Assembly (NCBI GenBank): GCA_964406515.1
Contig: CAYORV010000002.1
Coordinates: 1 to 60,088, forward strand
Source of the DNA: Candidatus Woesearchaeota archaeon
GTDB taxonomy: Archaea; Nanobdellota; Nanobdellia; Pacearchaeales; GW2011-AR1
Length of the DNA stretch: 60,088 nt
Direction of reading: 5' to 3'
Part shown: positions 16,158 to 26,203 of the stretch, one piece after another
How the letters are laid out: every line of letters begins with the position of its first letter
How positions within the stretch are numbered: the first letter of the stretch is position 1
The notes under the pieces: generated by a model
The model's input: only the letters and a program-made list of their open reading frames with translations
What the model was told of the DNA's origin: nothing
Database searches by the model: none
Position numbers and translations under genes: made by a program

Positions 16158-17552
16158 ATGTCGATAAAACTTTACAACACTATGTCTAGAAAGAAAGAGG
16201 TTTTTGTCCCGATTAAAAAAGGGCATGTTGGAATTTATGCGTGCGGGCCGACTGTTTATTGGTATCAGCATATTGGGAACATGAGGACTTTTATTTCTAA
16301 TGATTTAATTCGTAGGGTTTTTTTATATAATGATTTTAAAGTTAAGGAAGTGATAAATGTAACAGATGTGGGGCATTTGACTTCTGATGCAGATACTGGT
16401 GAGGATAAAATGGAGCGGGCGGCGAAAAAAGAGGGAAAAAAAGCTTCTGATATTGCAGAGTATTATTTTGATGTTTTCAAGAAAGATTTGCAAAAGTTGA
16501 ATGTTCTTGAACCTGATATTTGGCCAAAGGCAAGCGAGCATATTAAAGAACAAATTGATTTAATAAAAATTTTAGAGAAAAAAGGATATACTTATGAGAC
16601 AAAAGATGGAATTTATTTTGATACTTCTAAGTTAGAAGATTATGGGAAGTTGGCTAGGTTAAATGTTGAGGAATTGAAAGCTGAAAAAAGAATTGCATTG
16701 AAAGAAAAGAAAAGTAAAACCGATTTTGCTTTGTGGAAATTTTCAGAAGAGCCAGGGAAGAGACAGCAAGAATGGAAGTCGCCTTGGGGTGTTGGGTTTC
16801 CTGGATGGCATATTGAATGTTCGGCTATGTCTTCGAAATATTTGGGAAAACAATTTGATATTCACACAGGAGGGCAAGAGCATATTCCTGTTCATCATAC
16901 AAATGAAATCGCTCAGAGTGAAACTGCGTTTGGGAAAAAGCCGTGGGTGAAATACTGGATTCATTTTGCTTGGTTATTATTTAAGGGCGAGAAAGTCAGC
17001 AAGAGCAAGGGGGGACTGTATACTCTTTCTGAATTAGAAGAAAAAGGTTATGGTGCTTTGGCATTTAGATTTTTTTGCCTTTTGAAAAGTTATAACAAAC
17101 CTTTGAATTTTACAATTGAAGGTTTGAATGCTTCAATGAAATCTTACAAAAGATTAAAGGATTTGCTTTCTGAATTAAAGAAAAGTAAAGATAAAAAGAA
17201 TCAAAAAAATATTGAAGGAGCGAAAAAACAATTTTTAGAAATTATTAATGATGATTTTAATTCTCCAAAGGCTGTTGCGTTTATGTGGGATATTTTAAGG
17301 GATAATCGATTGAATGATTCTGAGAAATATGAACTTGCATTAGATTTTGATAGAGTTTTTGGGTTGGACTTAGATAAAGAGGATGAAGAAGTTAAGATTC
17401 CTGGGAAAGTGAAAAAGTTAGTTGATGAAAGAGAGAAAGCGAGGGAGAAAAAAGATTGGAAAATGGCAGATGAGTTGAGGAAGAAAATTAATAAAGAGGG
17501 ATATTCTGTTAATGATACAAAAGATGGTGCTGTTGTAAAAAAAGATGGTTGA
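16158..17552 (+). CDS. cysS: cysteinyl-tRNA synthetase
   Basis: Class I motifs HIGN (HIGH) and KVSKS (KMSKS), plus the PGWHIECS zinc/Cys-binding segment. Confidence 0.95.
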   Translation: MSIKLYNTMSRKKEVFVPIKKGHVGIYACGPTVYWYQHIGNMRTFISNDLIRRVFLYNDFKVKEVINVTDVGHLTSDADTGEDKMERAAKKEGKKASDIAEYYFDVFKKDLQKLNVLEPDIWPKASEHIKEQIDLIKILEKKGYTYETKDGIYFDTSKLEDYGKLARLNVEELKAEKRIALKEKKSKTDFALWKFSEEPGKRQQEWKSPWGVGFPGWHIECSAMSSKYLGKQFDIHTGGQEHIPVHHTNEIAQSETAFGKKPWVKYWIHFAWLLFKGEKVSKSKGGLYTLSELEEKGYGALAFRFFCLLKSYNKPLNFTIEGLNASMKSYKRLKDLLSELKKSKDKKNQKNIEGAKKQFLEIINDDFNSPKAVAFMWDILRDNRLNDSEKYELALDFDRVFGLDLDKEDEEVKIPGKVKKLVDEREKAREKKDWKMADELRKKINKEGYSVNDTKDGAVVKKDG

Positions 17553-18801
17553 GAAATTTGATTTTATAGATTTAGGATATAAACCAAAAAATGATTTGGT
17601 CTGTTTGTTTAGAATTACTCCTAATAGAATTTCTATGAAAAAGGCTGCGAATACTGTGGCTCTTGAGAGTAGTGTTGGTACATGGACAAAAGTTGGGAGT
17701 ACCAAAGATTATGTTGAGAAATTAAGAGCGCGAGTTTTTTCTATTCAGGGTAAAAATGTGAAGATTGCTTATCCACGAGAATTGTTTGAGTCTGATAATG
17801 TTCCGAACATATTATCTTCTGTTGCGGGGAATATTTTTGGGATGAAGGCTGTTAAAACAATTAGGTTAGAAGATGTTTCTTTTCCCCAGAGTATTTTAAA
17901 AAGTTACAAGGGACCAAAATATGGAATTAAAGGAATAAGGAAACTTTTGAAAGTTAAAAATCGGCCGTTAGTTGGAACAATTATAAAACCGAAGCTGGGT
18001 TTGAAAACAAAAGACCATGCGCAATCTGCTTATGAATCTTGGATTGGGGGTTGTGATATTGTTAAGGATGATGAGAACCTTGCTTCGCAAAAGTTTAATG
18101 TTTTTGAAGAGAGGATTGCTAGGACTTTGGAAAAAGCGCATAAATCTGAGGAAGAAACAGGGGAGAAAAAAGCGTATCTTGTTAATGTTACTGCTGAGAC
18201 AAAGGAGATGATGAAGCGCGCGCAGATTGTTGAAGATTTGGGAGGCAAGTATGTTATGGTGGATATTATTACTGCTGGTTGGGCGGCGTTGCAAACTTTG
18301 AGAGAGGGTGGTTTTAAAATGGCAATTCATGCGCATAGAGCAATGCACGCTGCTTTTGACAGAAACCCAGAACATGGAATTAGTATGATGGTGCTTGCTG
18401 ATTTTGCTAGAATCATCGGAGTTGATCAAATTCATATTGGAACTGGAATTGGAAAATTAGAAGGAGATATTGGGGATGTGGAGGATATTGCAGAGGAAAT
18501 TTCAATGAAAGATGTTAAGGCGACTCAAAATAGGCTCGCGCAAAAATGGGGCAAGATAAAGTCTGTTTTACCTGTTTCTTCTGGAGGGTTGCATCCAGGA
18601 CATGTTCCTTTCTTAATGAAACATCTTGGGAAAGATTTGGTTATACAAGCTGGTGGGGGAATTCACGGACATCCTCAAGGAACTAAGGCAGGAGCAATGG
18701 CAATGAGGCAAGCTGTTGATGCTGTGATGAAAAAGAAAACATTGAAAGAATATTCTAAGACGCATGGGGAATTAGGAGAAGCGTTGGGGAAGTGGAGATA
18801 A
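17545..18801 (+). CDS. rbcL: ribulose-1,5-bisphosphate carboxylase large subunit, form III-like
   Basis: Active-site segments GTIIKPKLGL, GGCDIVKDDENL, HAHRAMHAA, SSGGLHPG and QAGGGIHGHP. About 418 aa with no small subunit nearby. The start overlaps the cysS stop (ATGGTTGA). Confidence 0.92.
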   Translation: MVEKFDFIDLGYKPKNDLVCLFRITPNRISMKKAANTVALESSVGTWTKVGSTKDYVEKLRARVFSIQGKNVKIAYPRELFESDNVPNILSSVAGNIFGMKAVKTIRLEDVSFPQSILKSYKGPKYGIKGIRKLLKVKNRPLVGTIIKPKLGLKTKDHAQSAYESWIGGCDIVKDDENLASQKFNVFEERIARTLEKAHKSEEETGEKKAYLVNVTAETKEMMKRAQIVEDLGGKYVMVDIITAGWAALQTLREGGFKMAIHAHRAMHAAFDRNPEHGISMMVLADFARIIGVDQIHIGTGIGKLEGDIGDVEDIAEEISMKDVKATQNRLAQKWGKIKSVLPVSSGGLHPGHVPFLMKHLGKDLVIQAGGGIHGHPQGTKAGAMAMRQAVDAVMKKKTLKEYSKTHGELGEALGKWR

Positions 18802-18831
18802 ATTTAAAATACCAAGTTACTTTTGTTCTTT

Positions 18832-19200
18832 ATGAAATTCAGGGAGATTGAAACCACATCTGGTGTGAAGATTGTGTTGGGCAAGGATGCGAAGAGTAAT
18901 GAAGAACTTGTGAAAGAATTTAAGGGCAAGCCAAATGTTATTCTGCATACAGCTTCTCCGGGAAGTCCTTTTTGTGTGATTAAGGAATTAGGTCCATCAA
19001 AAAAAGACATTGCAACAAGTGGAGCTATTTGTGCGAGGTATAGTCAGGCTTGGAGAGATAATAATGAAAATGTAGAAATTAATGTTTTTACTGGAAAAGA
19101 TGTTTACAAAAGAAAAGGAATGAAGGTTGGGACTTTTGGTGTGAAGAAGTCAAAGAAGATTAAGATTAAGAGGGGGAAGATTGAGAAATTTAAGAAATAA
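18832..19200 (+). CDS. NFACT-R/DUF814 domain RNA-binding protein
   Basis: Motif VLGKDAKSNEELV....H....PGSPFCVI is typical of DUF814. ATG at 18832; the ORF track uses TTG at 18823. Confidence 0.7.
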   Translation: MKFREIETTSGVKIVLGKDAKSNEELVKEFKGKPNVILHTASPGSPFCVIKELGPSKKDIATSGAICARYSQAWRDNNENVEINVFTGKDVYKRKGMKVGTFGVKKSKKIKIKRGKIEKFKK

Positions 19201-19230
19201 CTTTTTAAAGAATGTTTTGTTTTAGAAGAT

Positions 19231-20196
19231 ATGAAAAAGGGGTTGTTAATGGGAATTATTGTAGGAGTTTTAATATTGGGAGTTGTTGGTTTTTTCTTAT
19301 TAAGGCCAAGTCCAGGAGAAAACGATATTGGAGGATTATCTGATTCTGTAGAATCTCCTGAGGTAACTCAACTTACTTCTTTTGAAAATGCTATTGACCC
19401 TGATTGGAGTCCTAATGGGAATCAAATTGTTTTTTGTCGTATGCAAGGGCAGACTCAAACTCTATATTTAATCAATGGTGATGGAACTGGGCTCACGGAA
19501 ATCGGTTCAGGTTTTGACCCTTCTTGGAGTCCTGTAGAAAACAAAATAGCATACGAGTTGAACAATCAAATTTACACTATGAACTCTAATGGAGAAGATA
19601 ATGCTCAATTGACAACCGAACCCAGCAATTCCCAACCTGCTTGGAATCCAGATGGAACTAAAATTGCGTATACTCATTATGAATCTGGAAGCCCATCGAT
19701 TTGGATAATGAATCCTGACGGGACAGGAAAAGTTCAGATTACTACAGAAGAAGATGGGTCATGTTCTTGGCAGTCTTTCAGTTATGATGGCTCAAAAATT
19801 GTTTATGTGAAAGGACAGGTATGGTATCCTAGTTCTGAACAATCACCCCAAGAACCAAATGAAATATGGGTTATGAGTAGTGATGGCTCAAACAAGCATC
19901 AAATATATGCGCCAGAAGATACTTATCAATGGATATTCCAGCGAGCATGGAATGAAAATGATGAGATTATATTTGGAACATCTCCACTTCAGGAAATAGA
20001 GATTCCAGAAATTGGGATTATAGATAGTGATGGCAACAATCTTAGATTTATACTTAATCCTCCAATGGATTCTTTAGGTATGCCTGAATGTATTTATGGT
20101 GATTCTGTTTGGGATAATTCTGGGACTAAAATAGCACTTACCAAAAAAATGATAGACGGACCAATCAATATTGGAATAGTTTCTTGGGAAGAATAA
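19231..20196 (+). CDS. membrane-anchored TolB-like beta-propeller (PD40 repeat) protein
   Basis: N-terminal TM helix, then repeated PD40 motifs DPDWSPNGNQIVF, DPSWSPVENKIAY and QPAWNPDGTKIAY. Confidence 0.8.
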   Translation: MKKGLLMGIIVGVLILGVVGFFLLRPSPGENDIGGLSDSVESPEVTQLTSFENAIDPDWSPNGNQIVFCRMQGQTQTLYLINGDGTGLTEIGSGFDPSWSPVENKIAYELNNQIYTMNSNGEDNAQLTTEPSNSQPAWNPDGTKIAYTHYESGSPSIWIMNPDGTGKVQITTEEDGSCSWQSFSYDGSKIVYVKGQVWYPSSEQSPQEPNEIWVMSSDGSNKHQIYAPEDTYQWIFQRAWNENDEIIFGTSPLQEIEIPEIGIIDSDGNNLRFILNPPMDSLGMPECIYGDSVWDNSGTKIALTKKMIDGPINIGIVSWEE

Positions 20197-20251
20197 TAAT
20201 CATCCAAAATTTTTTCTAAAAATATAAAAACTATCTTTGGTTTAGATAAAA

Positions 20252-20494
20252 ATGCCAATAAGTAATCTACAATTAGGGAAGCAAGGCTTGACTGATAATT
20301 TTATTCAGACATTGAAAGGTCATTTTCAGAAGCATGATAATGTGAAGGTTCGTGTTTTGGCATCTGCAGGTCATGAGAAAGCAAAAGTGAAAGAATATTC
20401 TGAGGAAATTTTAAAGAAGCTTGGAGAACATTATACTGCGCGGGTTATTGGGTTCACGATTTTTGTTAAGAAGTGGCGTAAACCTGTGAGGTAG
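20252..20494 (+). CDS. CRS1/YhbY-like RNA-binding protein
   Basis: 80-aa ORF. LQLGKQGLTDNFIQTLKGHFQKHDNVKVRVL resembles the YhbY signature. Confidence 0.7.
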   Translation: MPISNLQLGKQGLTDNFIQTLKGHFQKHDNVKVRVLASAGHEKAKVKEYSEEILKKLGEHYTARVIGFTIFVKKWRKPVR

Positions 20495-20578
20495 GAATGA
20501 TTTATTAAATAAGTTCCTTCCTTCAAGGTAGTAAAAATTAAACAGCAAGCTTTAAAATGCTATTCTCTTGTCTGTAAT

Positions 20579-22822
20579 ATGGACGAATCAGAGCCATTTA
20601 AACATTCGAATATATGTTTTCTAAGCAATTTTCCTCCAAAAGAGTGTGGTATTGCTACTTTCACAAAAGACTTGGTTTCAGCTATGAATAAAAGGTTTAA
20701 TCCCGAACTTAAGAGCAGGGTAATAGCATTAAATGAAGATGCTTACATGTATAATTATGATGAAAGAGTAATAATGCAGATTAATAAAGATGATATTGAG
20801 GATTATATTAATATAGCAAGAAAAATAAATCTTAATAAAAAAATTAAATTGATTTGTATACAACATGAATTTGGAATATTTGGAGGAGAATATGGGAACC
20901 ATTTAATTCCTTTTTTAGAATTAATTGAAAAACCGATTGTAGTAACGTTTCATAGTATTTTGCCGAATCCAGATGTAGCAAAAAAAAGAATTGTCCAATC
21001 TATTTGTAATAAATCTTCAGCAATAGTTGTAATGACAAAAAAAGCGATTGAAATTCTTAGAGATGAATATGGAATAGATGAGACTAAAATACATGTGATT
21101 CATCATGGGATTCCAAATGTAATTTTTACAACCCAAGAAAAACATAAAAAAAGATTAGGATTAAATGGAAGAATAGTTCTTTCAACTTTTGGTTTGCTAA
21201 GTAGAGGGAAAGGAATAGAATATGTAATAAGAGCCATACCAAATCTATTAAAAAAGTATCCTAATTTGCTTTACCTTGTAATTGGCGAAACTCACCCGAA
21301 TATAAGAAAAAAAGAAGGAGAAGTATACAGAAACGAGCTTTTTAATGAAGTTGAAAAATTAGGACTCAAGAATCATGTAAAGTTTTATGATAAATATCTT
21401 ACAAATAAAGAAATTATTTCTTATTTGCAGGCTTCTGATGTATATCTTTGCACTAATTTAGACACAAACCAAATAGTTTCTGGAACACTTTCGTATGCTC
21501 TGGGATGCGGAAGAACAGTAATCTCAACGCCAATTGCCTATGCTAAAGAAATCTTAGACAACAATTTTGGGATTGTGCTTAAAGAAACAAAAAATCCAGA
21601 AGAATATTCAAAAGCGATAGATTCTCTCCTGTCAAATCCAGAATTAAAATCAAAAATTGAAAGAAATGCCTACTTGTTTAGTAGGGCAATGATATGGTCT
21701 AATGTAGCTTCTAAATACCTGAATATTTTTAATAAAGTTGTTGAGTTAAAGAAAGAAATAACTGAAAAATATCCTTATATAAAACTAAGTCATTTAGTCA
21801 ATTTAACAGATGAATGCGGGGTAGTTCAATTTGCAAAGCATTCTATTCCAGATAAAAATTCAGGTTACACACTTGATGATAATTCAAGGGCATTAGTTAC
21901 TGGAGTTTTGCATAATAAATTATTTAATTCTCAAAGTTCATTAAAATTGTCTGAAATCTATTTAGGATTTTTAGAAAAGGCGCAAGATGAAACAGGAAAT
22001 TTTAAAAATAATTTTGAAAATGAAAATGAAATTTTAGATGGTTATAGTGAAGATTCTTTTGGGAGAGCTATCTGGGCGTTAGGATTTACAATAAACAAAA
22101 CAAATAATTTAGAACTAAAAGAAAAAGCAAAAAAATTATTTGATAATTCATATAATCTGATTGAAGGTATTTCTTCTCCAAGAGCAAAAGCTTTTTTGTT
22201 GATTGGGCTTTCTCATTACTACAGAGAACATTTTGACAGCAAAATTTTATCAAAAATAAAAAGTATGGCAAATTCCCTGATTGAATTATATGAAAAACAA
22301 TCTTCTGAGAATTGGCAGTGGTTTGAACCTTATCTTACTTATTCAAATGCGAAACTTCCTGAAGCATTATTTTTAACATATGAAATTACTCAGGAAGAAA
22401 AATATCTTGAAATTGCCGAGAAGACTTTAAAGTTTTTGTCAGAACTTTTAATTGTGGATGGGAAACTTTCCCCTATAGGGCATAATGGATGGTTTAATAG
22501 AGACGGGGAAAGAGCTTTTTTTGACCAGCAACCAGTAGATGCTTCTGCAATGGTGCTTTCTTATTTGACTGCATATTCAATAACAAAAAAGAAAGAGTAT
22601 TATAATAATGCGGTTCTTTCTTTTAACTGGTTTTTAGGAAAAAATCATATAAAGCAAATGATTTATGATGAAGTGACTGGAGGGTGTTTTGATGGATTAA
22701 ATCATAATTCTGTAAACCTAAATCAGGGTGCAGAATCAACAATTTCTTATTTGATGGCGAGGCTTTATTTTGAAGAAATGAAAAAAGAAAAACCTAAAAC
22801 CAAACAATTAATTTTGAATTGA
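20579..22822 (+). CDS. GT4-family glycosyltransferase fused to a C-terminal alpha-helical (alpha/alpha toroid-like) domain
   Basis: The N-terminal about 390 aa has a GT-B/GT4 pattern (TFGLLSRGKGIEYVIRAI...LVIGETHP...SGTLSYALGCGRTVIST). The C-terminal about 350 aa is helical repeat-like. Confidence 0.8.
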   Translation: MDESEPFKHSNICFLSNFPPKECGIATFTKDLVSAMNKRFNPELKSRVIALNEDAYMYNYDERVIMQINKDDIEDYINIARKINLNKKIKLICIQHEFGIFGGEYGNHLIPFLELIEKPIVVTFHSILPNPDVAKKRIVQSICNKSSAIVVMTKKAIEILRDEYGIDETKIHVIHHGIPNVIFTTQEKHKKRLGLNGRIVLSTFGLLSRGKGIEYVIRAIPNLLKKYPNLLYLVIGETHPNIRKKEGEVYRNELFNEVEKLGLKNHVKFYDKYLTNKEIISYLQASDVYLCTNLDTNQIVSGTLSYALGCGRTVISTPIAYAKEILDNNFGIVLKETKNPEEYSKAIDSLLSNPELKSKIERNAYLFSRAMIWSNVASKYLNIFNKVVELKKEITEKYPYIKLSHLVNLTDECGVVQFAKHSIPDKNSGYTLDDNSRALVTGVLHNKLFNSQSSLKLSEIYLGFLEKAQDETGNFKNNFENENEILDGYSEDSFGRAIWALGFTINKTNNLELKEKAKKLFDNSYNLIEGISSPRAKAFLLIGLSHYYREHFDSKILSKIKSMANSLIELYEKQSSENWQWFEPYLTYSNAKLPEALFLTYEITQEEKYLEIAEKTLKFLSELLIVDGKLSPIGHNGWFNRDGERAFFDQQPVDASAMVLSYLTAYSITKKKEYYNNAVLSFNWFLGKNHIKQMIYDEVTGGCFDGLNHNSVNLNQGAESTISYLMARLYFEEMKKEKPKTKQLILN

Positions 22823-22825
22823 GGT

Positions 22826-23890
22826 TTATTTATTATTTTCTGATTTGAATTCTTTCATTAATTTTTTAAAATTTGTTTCTGCAAGTCCAATCACACTATC
22901 TGAAGCACCATAATAAATTTTTAATTTGTCTTTTTCAAGAATAGTTCCCTCTGGAAAAACTACATTTTTAATATGGCCTTTTTTTTCCCATTCAAGTTCT
23001 GGTTTAAATAAAGGTTTGCTTAATCTTTCAATTTCTCTTTCAGGATGTTTAAGTTCTAAAAGTGCAACTCCAACACTGTACTCTCTCTGCTTTTTTAAAA
23101 AGTTTAATTTTCTAAACAAATTATGAATAGAATTTGGCAAAAATTTACTGGGCATAAGACCAACTCCATGATAAATAAAAAGCCATCCTTGTTTTGTTTT
23201 TATTGGAACCGCCCCACCCCCAATAAATTCAGATTCCCATGTATGTTTTCTTCGCATAATTACATGGTCTTCTAAATTTTTAATATAATTTTTCCAAAAA
23301 GAATCATTTTGAAGTTCTGAAAAATCTTTAAATTTTACAATTTGTATATCTGGTGCAAGTCTATGAATCATTACATATTCTCCCCTTATTTTTTCAGGCA
23401 ATAAGATTGCATCTTTGTCCCAAAGATAAGCAGAAGAATGAAAGAGGTTTCTTTTAGCCCATATATCTTTGTATTTTTTAATCTTAACTAATTTTATTGC
23501 TTCTTTAGTAAGAATCTGTGGACTGATTATTCCCTTTTTTTCCCAATCCTTTAAATTTTTTGAAACTGCATAAGCGATTCTTGCAGTTTTTCCATCATAA
23601 GCAGTATATAATAAATAATATGTATTTCCTATCTTTGTTAAACGCGGGTCTTCTATTCCAGAAATCTCATAATTTTTTGTTGGTAAAATCAGTGGATTAT
23701 CTTTTCTTTCTATTTTATTGGCTTTTATTTTAGCATAACCTAAATATGAAATTGTTTTGGAACTTACTGCTCTATAAATCATATGTATTGTTTGTTTTTC
23801 TTTTATAACTGTAGGATTAAAAACCGCACGAGATTCCCATTCATTTTCAGTTGGTTTTAAGAATATCTTTTTTTTGATTTTTAGAACCAT
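22826..23890 (-). CDS. GH130-family glycoside phosphorylase/hydrolase (beta-mannoside phosphorylase-like)
   Basis: Motifs WESRAVFNPTVI, GIEDPRLTKIGNTYYLLYTAYDG, DKDAILLPEKIRGEYVMIHR and GGGAVPI. Confidence 0.85.
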   Translation of the reverse strand: MVLKIKKKIFLKPTENEWESRAVFNPTVIKEKQTIHMIYRAVSSKTISYLGYAKIKANKIERKDNPLILPTKNYEISGIEDPRLTKIGNTYYLLYTAYDGKTARIAYAVSKNLKDWEKKGIISPQILTKEAIKLVKIKKYKDIWAKRNLFHSSAYLWDKDAILLPEKIRGEYVMIHRLAPDIQIVKFKDFSELQNDSFWKNYIKNLEDHVIMRRKHTWESEFIGGGAVPIKTKQGWLFIYHGVGLMPSKFLPNSIHNLFRKLNFLKKQREYSVGVALLELKHPEREIERLSKPLFKPELEWEKKGHIKNVVFPEGTILEKDKLKIYYGASDSVIGLAETNFKKLMKEFKSENNK

Positions 23891-24771
23891 TTCAATCCTT
23901 TAAAATCAAATTTAAAATCAATAACCTTGCCCCTGAATTTTTTAACAAGTTTCTTTTTATTTCCAAAAAATAAAACACTTCCTCCTCCACCAGCACCGCA
24001 AATTTTTGCTCCTATTGCTCCATTTTTTAATCCAACCCCAATAATTTTTTCTATTTTCAAGGGAATGATTGATTTGTGCAGTAATCTTCTTTCTTCTGTT
24101 TCTTTGTTCATTAAATCTGCAAACTGTTCTAAATCTTTTTTCATCAAAGCATTTTTCATTTCTTTTGCAATATTTTTTATTCTGATTAAATTCTTTACAT
24201 TTTTTCCTTTTCGTAAATTATCTATCATGGATTTATTTGAATCTCCTGAAAAATGGGATTTTCCGGTGTAGACCAATACAAGATTATTTTCGAATTTTCT
24301 TATAAAATCTTTATTAAGATTTAATTTTGTTACTTCAACTTTATTTCTTTTAAATTCTAAAAAATTTATTCCTCCAAGGGCTGAGGCATATTGGTCCTGC
24401 TTTCCCCCAACCAATCCCATTGCTTGTTCTAATGAATAAACTTTATCTGCTAATTCAAGCTTATTTTTTGTTTGAGAAATTAGGGCAAACCAAACAAGAT
24501 TCATTACTCCAGATGTTCCAAGACCAGAAGAAGTCGGGATGTTTCCAGTATATTCTAGGTGCACTTTCTCATTTGTTCTAATTATTTTTCCAGTAATATA
24601 TCTGTTGATAGCAGCATTTAAAACAGCCCCGCCGTATTTTGAGGCAAATGGTTCTATATCTGTAGTCCCTCCTCCAAAATCAATTCTTACTGGAGCTATT
24701 ACTTTCTTTATCCTCTCCTCTTTCATTAATACAAATGCAAAGTTTATTTTAAATATTCTTTGTTTATTCAA
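23881..24771 (-). CDS. GHMP-family sugar kinase (heptose/fucose-kinase-like)
   Basis: Motifs APVRIDFGGGTTDIEPF, GHMP motif PTSSGLGTSGV and CGAGGGGS. The true start may be the internal Met at 24726. Confidence 0.8.
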   Translation of the reverse strand: MNKQRIFKINFAFVLMKEERIKKVIAPVRIDFGGGTTDIEPFASKYGGAVLNAAINRYITGKIIRTNEKVHLEYTGNIPTSSGLGTSGVMNLVWFALISQTKNKLELADKVYSLEQAMGLVGGKQDQYASALGGINFLEFKRNKVEVTKLNLNKDFIRKFENNLVLVYTGKSHFSGDSNKSMIDNLRKGKNVKNLIRIKNIAKEMKNALMKKDLEQFADLMNKETEERRLLHKSIIPLKIEKIIGVGLKNGAIGAKICGAGGGGSVLFFGNKKKLVKKFRGKVIDFKFDFKGLKWF

Positions 24772-24828
24772 TAAGATTTATAGAAACTTTTAAATAATAG
24801 ATTCGTTTTTTAATGAAAAGAGGAGAAA

Positions 24829-25578
24829 ATGTTTAATTTAATAGGGCAAACAGCTATTGTTACTGGTTCTGCGAGGGGAATTGGGCAATCTATTGCTGTG
24901 GAGTTGGCGAGGCAGGGAGCTGACGTGGTTGTTGCCGATATTATTCAGGGTAATGCAACTGTCAATAAAATTAAAGCATTAAAAAGAAAATCTTTTTTTG
25001 TTAAAGTAGATGTTTCTAAGAAAGAGGAGATTGAGAATGTTGTTATGGAGACAATTAAGAAATTCAAAAAAATTGATATCCTTGTGAACAATGCGGGAAT
25101 TTTCCAGCTAAACCCAAGTGAAACTTTAAAAGAGGAAGATTGGGAAAGAACAATTAACATAAATTTGAAGGGTTATTTTTTATTTGCACAATGTGTTGGC
25201 AGACATATGCTAAAGAGAAAAAAAGGAAGTATAATTAATATTTCTTCTGTTGCCGGGATAAGAGGGTATTCTCAAGCAGTAGCTTATTGTTCAAGCAAGG
25301 GTGGGATAAATTTATTAACAAAATCATTAGCAGCAGATTGGTCCCCTCACGGAATTAGGATTAATAATATCTGCCCAGGGGTAATAGAAACAGCGATGAC
25401 AAAAGACATTCTTGCAAATAAAAAAACAAAACAAGGAATGCTGATGAAAATTCCGTTAAAGAGAACAGGCAAACCAATAGACATTGCTGGAGGGGCAGTT
25501 TTTTTGGCATCAGATGCTTCATCATATATAACAGGACAAGAATTAATCATAGATGGTGGTTGGAGTTCTGTTTTATGA
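24829..25578 (+). CDS. short-chain dehydrogenase/reductase (FabG/glucose dehydrogenase-like)
   Basis: Motifs TGSARGIGQSIA, NNAG and catalytic YCSSKGG. Confidence 0.9.
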   Translation: MFNLIGQTAIVTGSARGIGQSIAVELARQGADVVVADIIQGNATVNKIKALKRKSFFVKVDVSKKEEIENVVMETIKKFKKIDILVNNAGIFQLNPSETLKEEDWERTININLKGYFLFAQCVGRHMLKRKKGSIINISSVAGIRGYSQAVAYCSSKGGINLLTKSLAADWSPHGIRINNICPGVIETAMTKDILANKKTKQGMLMKIPLKRTGKPIDIAGGAVFLASDASSYITGQELIIDGGWSSVL

Positions 25579-26202
25579 ATTTAAAAATTCTTTTAATTTT
25601 TTCCCAGGATTTTTAGCTTTTGTTATTGCAGAACTTATTGCAATTCCAGATGCTCCTAGTTTCATAGCGACTTTGACATCTTCCTTTGTATGAATTCCTG
25701 CTCCAACAATGAATTTTGTTTTTAATTCTTTAGAAATTTTTTCAATTAAATCTGGCTTGGCTTTAGAAACTGAAATTTTTCCTCCAACTAATTCAGGCGG
25801 TTCAATTATGAGATAGTTTGGTTTTAGTTTTTGTATCTTTTTGGCTTCCTTTAAATCCTTTGCAAAAACTGCGGTTTTAAGGCTAAGTTTTTTGCATCTT
25901 TTAATTGTTTTTTTGAGGATTGAAAATTTTAATGGGTGCTCTGAATGATTTAGGAATGTTCCTTTAGCCCCATCTTTTTTTATAGCTTCTGGTAAGATAT
26001 ATCCAGTATGCCTTCCTGGTCTGAAGAAATCAATATGCTGGCTATAAACTTTTAGTTTAGTTGCTTTTGCAATTTCATAAATGTCAGATGCTTGCACACC
26101 AATAAGAATATTCTTATTCACTCTCTCTATTTTCTTAGCTAATTCAATAGATTTCTTACCTTGTTGATATGTTTTAAAATTTATTATAACAAGAGGTTTC
26201 AT
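25573..26202 (-). CDS. tpiA: triosephosphate isomerase (short archaeal type)
   Basis: Motifs INFKTY, NHSEH, EPPELVG and GAGI, in a protein of about 209 aa. Confidence 0.9.
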   Translation of the reverse strand: MKPLVIINFKTYQQGKKSIELAKKIERVNKNILIGVQASDIYEIAKATKLKVYSQHIDFFRPGRHTGYILPEAIKKDGAKGTFLNHSEHPLKFSILKKTIKRCKKLSLKTAVFAKDLKEAKKIQKLKPNYLIIEPPELVGGKISVSKAKPDLIEKISKELKTKFIVGAGIHTKEDVKVAMKLGASGIAISSAITKAKNPGKKLKEFLNS

Positions 26203-26203
26203 A

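Noticed and set aside
17968-18435. Minus- and plus-strand ORFs (155, 72 and 64 aa) inside the RuBisCO gene
   Set aside because: They overlap a gene with complete RuBisCO catalytic motifs and have no motifs of their own.
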